Assembly: GCF_009914755.1 (NCBI RefSeq)
Contig: NC_060941.1
From: the human T2T-CHM13v2.0 reference genome, Homo sapiens
Strand: one strand, 5' to 3'
Length of the DNA stretch: 64,000 nt
In this document: positions 33,153-46,304 of the stretch, piece by piece
How positions within the stretch are numbered: the stretch's first letter is position 1
Layout: each line of letters opens with the position of its first letter
Program-made: the position numbers and the translations under genes
The notes under the pieces: model-generated
Seen by the model: the letters and a program-made list of their open reading frames with translations, nothing else
What the model was told of the DNA's origin: nothing
Databases searched by the model: none

Positions 33153-34425
33153 CAAATATACTTTGTGATTATCTTTTGCAATTTGAATGGACCTCATTAT
33201 TGGAATTTCATTTTGGGTTCCACATTCCTGTGAGGTTCAAGTAACAGATGCCTGGCTGTTCTCCTATGTTTTGACTCTTCACCTCTGCTCAATGCTGAAG
33301 ATATCTTTTCATCTCAGTCTTCTAGGACCTCCAATGTTCTGACATGACCTGAACCTCAGCCATATAACTCAGCATCCAACTTTCATGAGCCTTTTAAATA
33401 TTTTAAGTTTAATATTTTAAGTTTGAAATTAAGCCTTTTAAATATTTTTGTCTACTTTTAAATAAATAATCTTCATACCTTTCATGTTTTTATGTAATTT
33501 CTTTTCCATTGCTTTGATGTACTTTATAAATATCATTTCCCTAGGACCTCAAAAGACCTTGGATATTTTCAATATTCCAGGAAACATTGTCTGATTAAGA
33601 AGCAACCACTTCTGAATAACACAGCTTTTAATTCAATGTCCAGCTTGGACCTTGTTCAGACTTGACTGAGCACCCTTGGCCCTCGGGGATATCCTCCTCT
33701 CTCAACTCCAGGACAGAGTGACCCCCAATTCACACAACTCAAGCTTTTAGCAAGAAAGAGCATTTTAATTGAATTCCAATTAAATTCCAATTGAATTCCT
33801 AGACCAAGGCAGTTAGTTTGGGTCTTGGTAATTTGTCACTGCCTGTGGGTGGCCTCTTGAGAGGGGTATGCTTGGAGTATGTGTGTATGCATTTCTTTTC
33901 TTCTTTTGGATGGGTCCAGCTAAGAGGTTTATGGTATACTGAGTCATACAGACAAATAGAGCTCTAGCTCCGGCCACATTCCTGGATTATCAACTCTGCA
34001 TAATATCCCTTCCTTAATTACCAAGGAATCAAGGTCTACTTAGCAAAAGGATACTCGCTTAGTACCAGAGTTGACTCCTTCATGACCCTTGAGGAATCTA
34101 TGAAAAGAAGACATGTCCATCTTTTTTAACTTGTGACCTGAACTCTATGTCCTTCCAGAATACTGCAGTTAATTAAAAAAAAAAAAGGAATGGAGAAATT
34201 TAAAGCTACCACAGACAACGTAATTTAACAATAAAAATATTCACCTCCTGTCTGTTCTATCTTTTGTGGAAAATCTGTATGGCTATATTTTTCTCTCATT
34301 AAAGGAGAACAGTTTTGTGCCTACAGAGACAGTTTCACTTTGGGAGTTTGGAGTCATCCATGGTTGACTCTGATTAATGCCCACTAGATTCTTTATTGAA
34401 CCAGAGATCTCCCTTGAGGCTCTTT

Positions 34426-34460
34426 TTTGTTTGTTTGTTTGTTTGTTTGTTTGTTTTTTT
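34426..34460. repeat. (TTTG)n microsatellite
   Basis: Directly visible. Confidence 0.9.
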
Positions 34461-35174
34461 CCCTCTAATAGAACCTTACTTGTATTGTGAGATTTAGGAA
34501 TGGTTCCTGTAAGAATGTGAAGCTTGAGTGAAGAGCAAAATTTTAGAACACCATTACAGCCTGGCTGGGACCCATATCGTCACTAAGTAGCCCAGACCAC
34601 AGCTCACTCTTTCCAGTGAGATCAGGATTCCTGTCCTACTCTCAGAAGTATGGTATGCACAGTGTGCCCACACCTACCAAGAAGCCTATCTCTTCCTTCC
34701 GTCTTCCCCAAATCCCATCCTTCTTCCATCCTCTTGGAAACATTTGAAAACTGAGCAAACCTGCCTTTTTTTCCATTGTTTTTGATTGATATGTAAGCCT
34801 AAAATTTCTCCATGATGCTCTTCGTAATATTCATTTCATGGTTCCAATTGATCTTATATCCTCAGCCTCTTCAAAGACCGTTGATTTTAACAGCAGCCTG
34901 ATTCTCCTTTAAGGACACAATTTCCTTTTGTAGCTCACCTATGGTAGTGATGATAATAACAATGGCACAAGGTGACCAATTTTCCCCCACTATAAGTTGG
35001 AGGTGAATATGATATGCAGCTCCTTTTTCCTCTATAGCATGTCTGACCATTTTCATGAGTACCCCCACCCACCTGCCACTCCTTGGGAGTGCACTGGACT
35101 AGACCATCATTAGGCATTCTGTGAACATCCTCTGCTGATGACCTTGTGGTCTATTCATTTTTGGCCCAATAGCA

Positions 35175-35619
35175 CAGGAGTCCCCAACCCCCAGGTCATG
35201 GACTGCTACCAAGTCCATGGCCTGTTAGGAACCAGGTCGCACAGCAGGTGGTGAGAAGTGGGCGAGTGGGCATTACCACCTGAGCTTCACCTCCTGTCAA
35301 ATCAGTGGCGGCAGTAGATTCTCATAGAAGCCGGAACCCTGTTGGGATCTAGGTTGTGCACTCCTTATGAGAATCTAATTCCTGATGATCTGTCATTGTC
35401 TCCCATCACCCCTACATGGGACCATCTAGTTGCAGGAAAACAAGCTCAGGACTCCCACTGATTCTACATTATGGTGAGTATATACTAATAACAATAGGAA
35501 CAAAGCACACAACAAATATAATTTGCTTGAATCATCCTCAAACCACACCCTGCCCACATCTGTGGAAAATTGCCTTCCACAAAACCCATCCCTGGTACCA
35601 GCAAGTTTGGAGACCACTG
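35175..35619 (+). mobile_element. MER1A hAT-Charlie DNA transposon
   Basis: caggagtccccaac...tttggagaccactg TIRs; 8 bp TSD CAATAGCA/CAATAACA. Confidence 0.92.
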
Positions 35620-37689
35620 CAATAACACGTCCCTGTTGACTCAGCATCCTCTGGGCTCTTGCATATATTGCAGATTCCTCTGATGCTCTGCCAAGTCCTT
35701 CATCCAGATGTTTATCTATGTTAGTCTGGCACATTTTAAAGGTGTCATGACCCCCAGCTTCCCTCTTCTTCCTCTTCTTTATCATTTTCATGCTGTAAAC
35801 TAGACCTGTCTAAGGTAGGTTTGGAAGGATTGTCAGGTTTTTTTTTTTTTTTCCAGAAATCTGTTGTTCTTCGTATTAGTCCTAAGCATGGAGCCCCAGG
35901 CTATTATTTGCTTCTTTCCAGCAGTTATCCTACTCTTGTCAACCCAGTCTCTAGCAGTATTTGGTTTTAAGCTCCTTCCTTTGACTTCAGACCATGTTGC
36001 ACTGATTTATAGTTACCCCTTTCAACGTGCTTGATGTTATCTGTGTCCAGATCTTTTGCATTCACCTTGATCCATATTGCAGGTCTATTTGATTTGCAGG
36101 ACACATTTACACTAGTAAATAGTTTAACAATAACCTAACAATCTCTTATGAAAAGGAAGAAGAGCAGAATGGGAATTATTATGGTAAGTTCTGTGGGCGG
36201 TTATTATGGTAGGGCTCTGTGTTCTTTACCTCCTTTAGTCCTCTAAAACCCCCATAAAATTTCATTATTATCACTTTTTTAGAGATTAGGAAACTAAATC
36301 TCAAAGAGATTAGGTTAAGTAGTTTGTCCAAGGTCAGAGAACCAGCAAGAGGGAGAAGTAAAATTTAAACTCTGGCCTGAATCTAAAGCACGTACTTCTC
36401 CCAATACTCCAACATGCCATCTTTGCTTGGATTTTTCACCAACTCTTATAAGATCTCCAATGGGGCCAGGTCTCATGTGACCTCCATGTCCCCATACCTG
36501 ACTGCTTCACACTGGTTCTAAACTACCCCTAATCAAAGCCTCCCATTTCTTCCAGTGCTGTGCCTAACTGGACAATCCATCTAGTTTTTGTTTTTTTATC
36601 AATGATTTTTTAACATGGAACCATCCATGTTTTCATCTCATTTGTGGCACATATTTCTGTTGTGTCTTGAAGTCAATGAATTAACCCACTCTCATTTTTT
36701 TTTTTTTTTTGCTCCAGATGATCAGATTTATTCCTTCCTAAAATATAGAAGGGCTTCTAGTGAAAAAACTAAGTCTTCTGGCTTATTCTTCCCATTCCTA
36801 GCTCTCTTTCTTAGAGGCAACACTTTATCTCTTCAGATTTTTTGTTTGTTTAGTGGGTTTTTTTGAACGCATATAATAGTTACTTAACTGTATCGAAATA
36901 AAATGCTTATAAAATTATCTCTAGTTATTAAATTTAGACTTTATTAAGTTCTTAGTATGATAGATGAGGACTCAGCTTTCTTATGTTATCTTCAATGTCA
37001 TCACAATCTTTAAAATAGTTAACCACTCTTTTTAGTTCTTCTATTAGTTAATTTTTGAGCTTTAATGTTAGATAAAGTTAGCATGTTTTTGTTCTATCAA
37101 GTATAGATATTTCCTCTAGACCCCTCAAGTTATAAGACTGGGATATTAACACCTCTTTCTTTCCACTCTCCTCTATGCCCTCTTAGACTCTACTTCCATA
37201 CTTCCCGTGTTGTCTTCTTTAAATTTACATTTAAAATGTCAGACTGATCATATTTACATTCTGTTCTGTAAGTATGAGTTTTCCATGCCATGTGTATAGA
37301 TTGATTCTAAAATTTAAATATCATCAGTGTCTTCATCAGTAAATAATATAAATATTATTTACTGCAGAGCCAAGTAATGTGCTATGTGCACATTTACTTA
37401 CATAATCACTTGTCCTTCATCTGGTTTCTAATTTTCCCCTCCTCTGTACCTTTATCATGTCCCTAAGGTCTTTTGATCTCTATCTCAAGGTTTCCATCAA
37501 ATCCGCAAAGTCCTCCTTTGTTTGAGTTCCATCCCTTCTGGAGTCCTGCTCAATCCTGAAGTATTCTCTAGGCTTGATGACCAGCTGTCACCTGGGAATT
37601 TCCTTCATTACTCTCTTGGATTCGAATCACGATTCTATGGATCCCACTTTTTCTTCTCTCTTCATTTAAACTTTCCAGCAACTTCCTAT

Positions 37690-38480
37690 GAACAAAATCC
37701 ACTGGCAGTAATGTCCTAGCCTTGCTTTTATTTTATCCTCACATTTAATTGGTAGTTTGGCTGGAGTTGGAGTCCCCTCTGCCCAATGGACCGTATTCAC
37801 CTTCTTCTGGTGAGCAGTGTTGCAGAGGAGAAGTCTGAGACCAGCATGGCTCTTCTTCTTTTACAGCTGTACTGTTGCCTTTAGCTTTTCCTCTCTCTGG
37901 ACACTTAGAACCATCTTTTTATCCTAGGTGTTTTGATATTTCATAATGATAACAAGGTAGCTCCTTTTAAAAAATTCACCAAGTTAGGTACTCAGAGGGG
38001 CCTTTTAATGAGAATATTCATGTTCTTTAACTTTTGAACATTTACCTCTATTATTTATTTGATAGATTTTTCCTGCTTTTTCTCCAGATTTCTCTCTCAA
38101 AATCCTATTAGTCAAGTGGTAGACCTCCAGTCTCTCAAACTTTTTCTCACTGCCTTTTGCTCTTACAGTATATGAGATTTCCTTAATTTTCAAAATCTTC
38201 CATTCTTTCTCTTCTTGACCATATTTTGAATTTTCAAAGATTCATTATTTGATTGTCCCTTTCTCCTTAATTTAATAGGTGAAATAGTTTTTGATGTTTT
38301 TTGAGAATTGTAATTAGATTTAATTTGGTTTTCCTTTTCAGTTTCCTGAATTATGTATTTCCTTCAAGATTAACTTGATAATGGTTTCCTTCTTGCTATT
38401 TTTCCTTCATGCTGAAAGTTTTCCTCAAGGGTCAATAGATCCTGGACTTTTCATTTATGTTTAAGAAGTAAGTGTTAGAA
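37690..38480 (-). mobile_element. Ancient L1M 5'/ORF1-region fragments
   Basis: tagtttggctgg, cagtgttgcagaggagaagtctga, ttttaactttga motifs; very degenerate. Confidence 0.5.
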
Positions 38481-39084
38481 AAGCTGAGACAGGGTTTGGG
38501 AGTAAAGCTTGTTTACTAATAGCATTCATTTTAAGTGTAGTAGGAGTGGGTCCTGCTGTGCATGGAGGGACACATAATGTGCCAGAACACAAGGCCACAT
38601 TGCTTCTCTCACTGGAAGCAATATTTTACATTTTATTCCACTTTTTTAAAAGTAAGAAACAACTACCTTTTCCATAAAGCATATAAAAGCCTGTTTTGTG
38701 GTAGACATAGGATCAGAGAAGGGAAAAAGGTAGTTAGTGTCTGTGTACACATGTTCACACCCGTGTTTACCATGCCGCCTACCTCCATTACCTCAGGTAT
38801 CTCTGAGTCAAGAGTCTGTCTGGAGTTCTTCTGGGGTTCAGCTTTCTCCTCTAATCTGTTATACCAGTCAATATTTCTCCATCAACTTTGAGTCTGCAGA
38901 CAGGTGTTGAAGCATTCTGTTCCTAATGACTTTACTCCCATTCTTTTTGTTTTTATGGAGGCACATGAATTTTTACCTAATTTTTCATTGCAAAGTGGCC
39001 TTCCAAAGGTCGAGGAGTAAATGTACAGGTTCAATCCTCTATCTTGGAACAGAAGCTCTAATTGACATTTTTAGGAGATCTCTC

Positions 39085-39470
39085 TATGAAATCTAAAATT
39101 GTTGAAATCATAGAAACAGACTAGAAGGGTGGTTAACAGGGGTCAGAAGGTTAGGAAATGGAGACAAATTGATCAAAGGGTACAAACTTGCAGTTATGAG
39201 ATTAATAAGCTCTGAGACCTAATGTGCAGCATGATAACTTTTGTTAATAATAATGTATTCCATACTTGAAATTTGTTAAAAGAGTAGATCTCAAGTGTTT
39301 TCACCACCAAAAAGAAATAAAAGTAACTACTGAAAGTGATTGATATATTAATTAGCTTGATTGTGGTCACGATTTTAAAATGCATATAATGTATACAAAA
39401 AATCACATTGTACACCTTAAATATGTACAATTTTTATTTGTCAATCATATGTTGAGAAAGCTGGGAAAGA
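39085..39470 (+). mobile_element. L1MA-type 3' end
   Basis: aaagggtacaaacttgcagttatgaga...agagtagatctcaagtgttttcaccac. Confidence 0.85.
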
Positions 39471-39599
39471 AAAGATACCCTTGGCTGCTGTGGGGTAAAT
39501 GGATGGGACGTGGGCAACAGTAAATCCAGAGAGATCAGTAGGAGACTATGGCACAGTTTTTGAGAAGGATGACACTGTTTTGAAACAAGATAGAGAAAA

Positions 39600-41020
39600 A
39601 TGTTGTCATAGTGGCTGCACCATTTACATTCCCACCAATAATGTACAAGAGTTTGAATTTCTCCACAACCTCACCAACATTTGTTTTTTGTTTTTACAAC
39701 AACACCATCCTTACAGGTGTTAGGTGATACCTCATTGTCATTTGATTTGCATTCTCCTGATGATTAGTGATGTTGAGCATCTTTTTACTTTTTGGCCATT
39801 TGTATGTCTTCCTTGGAGAAATACCTATTCAGATCGTTTGCCTATTTTTAAATTGGGTTATTTATTTACTTATGATTTTGCTATTGAGCTTCTTTGTTAA
39901 TAATTTCAATTTTATTCTAGAATCGGGGCTACACACGCAGTTTTGTTACATGGGTATAATGCATGATGCTAGGGTTTCCAGTATGAATAATCCCATCACT
40001 GAGGTAGTGAGCAGAGTACCCAATAGTTAGCTTTTCAATCCCTGCTCCTCCCCCTTCTTTCTCTTTCTAGTAGTTCCCAGTTTCTATGGTTGTCATCTTT
40101 ATGTCTATGAGCACCCAACGTCTAGCTCCTACTTATAAGTGAGAACATACAGTATTTCTGTTCCTGCATTATCTCACTTAGGATAATGCATCCTAAGTTA
40201 TCCTAAGTTAGGATAGCTGCATCCATGTTGCTGCAAAGAACATGATTTCATTCTTTGTTATGGCTGTCTAGTACTCCATAGTATATACATACCACATTTT
40301 CTTTATCCAATCCACCACTGATGGGCACCTAGGTTGATTCTATATCTTTGCAATTGTGAATAGTGCCATGATGAACATACAAGTTTGCATGTCTTTTTGG
40401 TGGAATGATTTATTTTCTTTTGGATAGATACCCAGTAATGGGATTGTTGGGTGGAATGGTAGTTCTAAGTTCTTCAGGAAATCTCCAAATTGCTTTCCAC
40501 TGTGGCTGAACTAATTTACATTCCCACCAACAGTGGGAATTTCCTATATATTTTGGAAATTAACTCCTTATCAGATACATGGTTTGCAAATATTTTCTCC
40601 CATTCCATTGGTTGCCTTTTCACTTTATTAATTGTTTTCTTTATTATGCAGAAGATTTTTAGTTTCACATAATCCACTTTTTTATTTTTGCTTTTGTTGC
40701 CTATGTTTCCTATGTTTTTGTTGTCATGTAAGAAAATTATTGTCAAGACCAATGTCAAGGAGATTTCAGGTCTTATGTTTAAGACTTTATTCTATTTTTA
40801 GTTGATTTTTGTGTATGGTGTAAGATAGGCATCCAATTTCATTATTTTGCATATAGACATACAGTTTCCCCAGAATCATTTATTTAAGAGACTATTCATT
40901 TCTATTGTGTATTCTTGGTGCCCTTCTTGACCATATTGCATGGGTCTATTTCGGGGTTTTCTAGTCTAATCTGTTAGCTGATGTGCCTGTTTTTATGCCA
41001 GTACGATACTTTTAGTAATT
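39600..41020 (-). mobile_element. L1MA/B ORF2 3' fragment interrupted by an L1PA16/L1PB-type 3' end (39892-40533)
   Basis: ORF 40516-40758 contains VKRQPMEWEKIFANHVSDKELISKIY; nested segment has primate L1 3'UTR motifs. Confidence 0.85.
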
Positions 41021-41431
41021 GTGCTAAAATCAAGCTAGGAAGCTCCCTCCCTTGGACCAGTATTTTTCCAGTGGGTCCCCAAGGTATTCTCAGTTTTTCC
41101 TTCTTTTTTTCTTCTTGTCATCTCTTCTTCTCCCATGGCAATCAAGGGGGAGAGTTATTACAGAATATAAGAAGATGAGTTGGATTCAAACGGACATGAG
41201 TGTTAATCCTTATTTTGCCATTTATTAACATTGAGACCTTGAAAAATTAATTTTTCTGAGGCTGGAAGAATAATGATAATATTGCCCTGCATTAGCTAGC
41301 TAAACTGCCATGGCAGAGACCAAAACAACAGTGAGTCAAACAAGATGGATATTTGTTTTGCTCTCTTCTAACAGTCCTGGGAGTGCAAGAGGCTCTGTTC
41401 CTTCCATCTTATTGCTCAACTGTCCTTTAGA

Positions 41432-41668
41432 CAAGGTTTCTCAACTTCAGCATTATTCACATTTGGGGCCGGATAATTCTTCGCTGGGCAGTGGGGGCAG
41501 GAACGGATGTTGCCTTGTGTATTGTAGGATGTTTAGCAGCATCCCCGGTCCCTACTAACTAGATGCCACTAGCACTCTCTCCCTGGTTGTGACAATGAAA
41601 AAAAATGTCTCTGAACACTTTCAGTGTCTCCTGGAGCAACAAAACCACTCCCTGGTTGAGATCCACTG
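41432..41668 (+). mobile_element. MER20 hAT-Charlie element inside an MLT1-type LTR
   Basis: tttctcaac...ggataattct...gtaggatgtttagcagcatccc...gttgagatccactg; degenerate 8 bp TSD cctttaga/cctaagga. Confidence 0.88.
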
Positions 41669-42380
41669 CCTAAGGATGTGGTCTTTGGTCACGTGATCTA
41701 AAGCTGGTTCACCAAGACAAGCTCTAGTTCATAGGCTAGAGGAGGGAGAAAAAGTGGAAGGCAAACAATTTGCTTTTAGGAGAGTTATGTAAAGGTTACA
41801 CATATCAGTTATGTTCATAGTCTTTGTGCTAAAACTTGGTCATTTGGCAACAGTAAGCCACAAGGGAGGTCCAAATAAATTGTTGGTCTGCTAAAAATCA
41901 GGGAGCCTCTATTTCTAAAAGGTTTAGGGAAATATGAATAATGGGAGGAGGCATTTAGAAGCCTCATTACCTTTACAGAATTGTTATACAATTAAATATA
42001 ATAATGTACCTACAGTACCTAGCATAGTTATATTGTAAATGCTTAGTAAATATTACCCTTATCTCTCTCCTGCTTCTCCATTCCCAAGCACTTGGGCCTA
42101 TGTCTTTCACACTGAGATTTAGTCTTAAGTCATTCTGATACATAAATATTAATAAAAATGATTCTCTACAACCCTGTGTCTGGGCCAATGTTGGAACTAC
42201 TCCCAATATATAGACTACTCCCAATATATGTTTCTCTTTCAGGATTTTGTTCTCTTTTTCTTTTGTCCTCAGTAGCCTTGCCACCAACACCATCTCCCAT
42301 GAGCACACATGCACAGGGACCCCTATGCGATGATCCTGGAGGTCTTACTCTGAAGTGAATGACATCTTGCTAGTGATGAC

Positions 42381-42663
<283 letters not shown>

Positions 42664-43084
42664 TAGGGATGTCACTTTTTAGTTATTTGTATATGTGGTG
42701 ACAACGTCTGAGCTCAATGTCCTCATCTGAAAAAAAATGGGGATAGTAATATTTGTTTTACAAAGTTGTCGTAAATGAATTGGAAAGTAGAATGTGCTAA
42801 GCCCCTATTTGCCTGGTCCTTTAAGTATTATTCCAAAAAATTATTTATAATACCCTATACATTCTGAAATAGTATCTCAATTTTCTAGAAAAGTAACTGT
42901 AACTAGGTAAGGCAAATTTGTTTGCCTAAAGTTACACGTGCACACAATATCAGGAGGAGAAATAGATGGGATTTGAACTCGGGTCTCTCTGATAACAAAA
43001 TCAGTGCCCTTTACATTGACAAAGGTTTTCTTTCATGTCTTTCTCTAGCATAGATTACTCAAGAGGCTTTAAACTACTTCTGTC

Positions 43085-43345
43085 ACTTAAAGTGGGAGCT
43101 AAAGGATGAGAACATCATAGAGGGGAACAACACATACTGGGGCCTATCAGAGTGTGAAGGGTGGGACGAGGTAGAAGATCAGGAAAAATAACTAATGCGT
43201 ACTAGGCTTAACACCTGAGTGATGAAACAATGTGTACAACAAACCCCCGTGACACATGTTTACCTATGTAACAAATACACATCCTGCACATGTACCCCTG
43301 AACTTGAAATAAAAGTTAAAAAAAAACCCAAAAAACAAAAAACAA
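43085..43345 (+). mobile_element. Short older L1PA (about PA10-PA13) 3' end
   Basis: aagtgggagctaaa...cacatgtacccctgaacttgaaataaaag + A-rich tail. Confidence 0.9.
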
Positions 43346-45011
43346 GATGCCCTGTGTGTGAACTTACAGAATATGAGACAATAGCTTCCCCAAGTGGGAG
43401 ATTACAGAACAGAATGCACAGTCCTCTCTTTGCCTTGGAAAGAGTAATGGTGTGGAGAATGAATGGCTCGGGGAGTGGTCTTGGCCACTGATCTCCCCTT
43501 CCCCTGCCTGGCTCTTACCAAAACCACAATCAGGCAATCCCCGCAAGCTGAGCTTATCACTGGGATCCTGGCACTGTCAAAGGGGCTGACCCAAGCCTGT
43601 CTTACACTGCCTGCAGCTAGTTGCACAAGCCGCTGACCTACATGGAAAGCATTGCATTTCATGAGAATGAAATAGGACATTGGACAAGAGCTCCACATTT
43701 CCTGCCATCAGATTTACTTCATTTTCGGGAATGGCCCTGCTAACCTATGATTTCAAAGGAGTCCAAAGAATTTTGGAGTCTAGCAATCAGTTACACTGGT
43801 AGTCTCTTTTTTCCTCTATGTCTCTGTGTGGCATGTTCCTTTCTGCATGTATGCATTCACATGCATTCGTAAAGACAGGCTTGAGGAACTCTCTGCTCCA
43901 CATACACCAAGGTGTCCTGTGGTATGTCAGAGCAGCTGTGGTATAACGAAAGGAGCACAATTTTTGGCATCAGAATACCTGGATTAAAATCCTAGGCTTC
44001 TTACTTGCAATGTGACCTGGGGTACTTCTCTGGGTCTTAGCTTTTCTAAATGGAAAACAAAGCTAATAAACCCTACTTCATAAAGCTGCTGAAGGATTTA
44101 ATGATATTACAGATGGGTGACAGTGTGCTCAGTGTGCTGTCATGAAAAGAGACCTGAGTTCAAATCCAGAATCTATCTCCTAAAGGCCATGTGAATCAGG
44201 CCAATGTATTAAACTTCTCTTTTCTTCAGTTTATGCATCTCTAAAATGGGAGTCCTAATGATACCTCCACCCAGGGTTTGGTTTTGGGGTCAAATGGGAC
44301 AATGGCTCAAATCCTCTAGTGAGGTCCCCAGTATACAGCAGTGATGCAGTAAGTTGCTGTCTTTCTAGCCTTTTTTCAGCAATTATGTGAAAACTCATTG
44401 TACACTTCCAAGTGGTGTTCAAATAAAAGATGATTCTGTAACAGTGGTAGTTGCCAAAGTAAGTGACATGACTCATTTTAAGGAACCTAGTAAAAGACAG
44501 GGGTGTGCACTTTGAAACAGAGCAGGCTGAACTGTGTCTCAGAGAGACTTCTTTATGAGTGTCTGTTTCTGTAGGTGGGCCCCTGGGGCTTCCTCACCAC
44601 TGAGTTAACGGGCTGCTTAATGGAAGCCCCTGATTATGACTCAGTGGAGAACCCACTTGTCTCCCTCTTGTGATGCAAAAGGCATTTTAACTGCTTTTAT
44701 TCCTCTTTAGCATTTACTGCTGCAGTCTAACTGGGTGGGTCACAAGAGGATTGTCCTCCCTAAGGGTCATCTCCTGAATTACCAGCCCTAGGTGCCAATC
44801 ATTGCCTTTGTAAAGATCCATCTCGATCCTGGATCCTCCCTCTCACCTTATTTTATAACTGGCTTCTCGGCGTCATAAGGAGCAACCAGCTTTTCAGTAA
44901 TAGGTAAGGTCAAACATGGCCCTTTGGAATGTATGTTGAGGGACCTTCATCCCAACTCTGAGAGCCCCACATGGGACAAGATTTCATCTTCATGAAAAGT
45001 CCAGTGGGGTA

Positions 45012-45402
45012 TGATATGGTTTGGATCTGTTTCCCCACTCAAATACCATGTTGACATATAATCCCCAATGCTGGAAGTGGGGCCTGGTGGGAGGTGATTT
45101 GATCTTGGGGACAGTTTCTAATGGCTTAGCACCATCCCCCTAGTGCTGTTCTCATAATAAAGTTCTCAAGAGATCTGGTTGTTTTAAAGTGTATATCACC
45201 TTCCTCTCTCTCTCTTCCCCCTGCTCTGGCCATGTGAGGCGCTTGCTCCCCCTTTGCATTCTGCCATGACTGAAAGATTCCTGAGGCCAACTCATGCTTC
45301 CTGTACAGCCTGCAGAACCATGAGACAATTAAACCCTCTTTTCTTTATAAATTACCCAGTCTCAGGTACTTCTTTATAGCAGTGCAAGAACTAACTAGCA
45401 CA
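45012..45402 (+). mobile_element. MSTA/MSTB MaLR solo LTR
   Basis: tgatatggtttggatctg...ca termini; perfect TSD GGGTA at 45007-45011 and 45403-45407. Confidence 0.92.
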
Positions 45403-45721
45403 GGGTAGAATTTTCCCTCAAGCTCCTTCTCTTTCAAGCTCAAGAGAAGTCCTTAAGAAGAACTTTAAATTGTATCTTCCTGCCCTATCCTGACTTCCTG
45501 CTTAGTATTTCCCACCACCTCCACCAGCCATACCCTCACTGTCTGTCCACAGGGCCATTCTGTGCCATGGCTGCCAAAGCCACCCACCACAGCATTCCAC
45601 CTGTGCCGTTCTTCTCCATATGCTTGTCCTAGGAACTTAAGGGCCCACAGCTGACAGGAAATTATATACTGGACTAATTTATTGTTAACAAATAATAATA
45701 CATTATTTCAACTTTATTTAA

Positions 45722-46304
<583 letters not shown>

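Noticed and set aside
34500-36110. Possible minus-strand processed pseudogene or exon around MER1A (purine-rich, protein-looking short frames)
   Set aside because: Manual translation gave no recognisable protein, and I found no poly(A) or TSD. A tblastn with MER1A removed would settle it.
44469-44643. Two AP-1 sites (TGACTCA) 170 bp apart
   Set aside because: TGASTCA occurs throughout the window at about the frequency expected for a 7-mer, so this is not evidence on its own.
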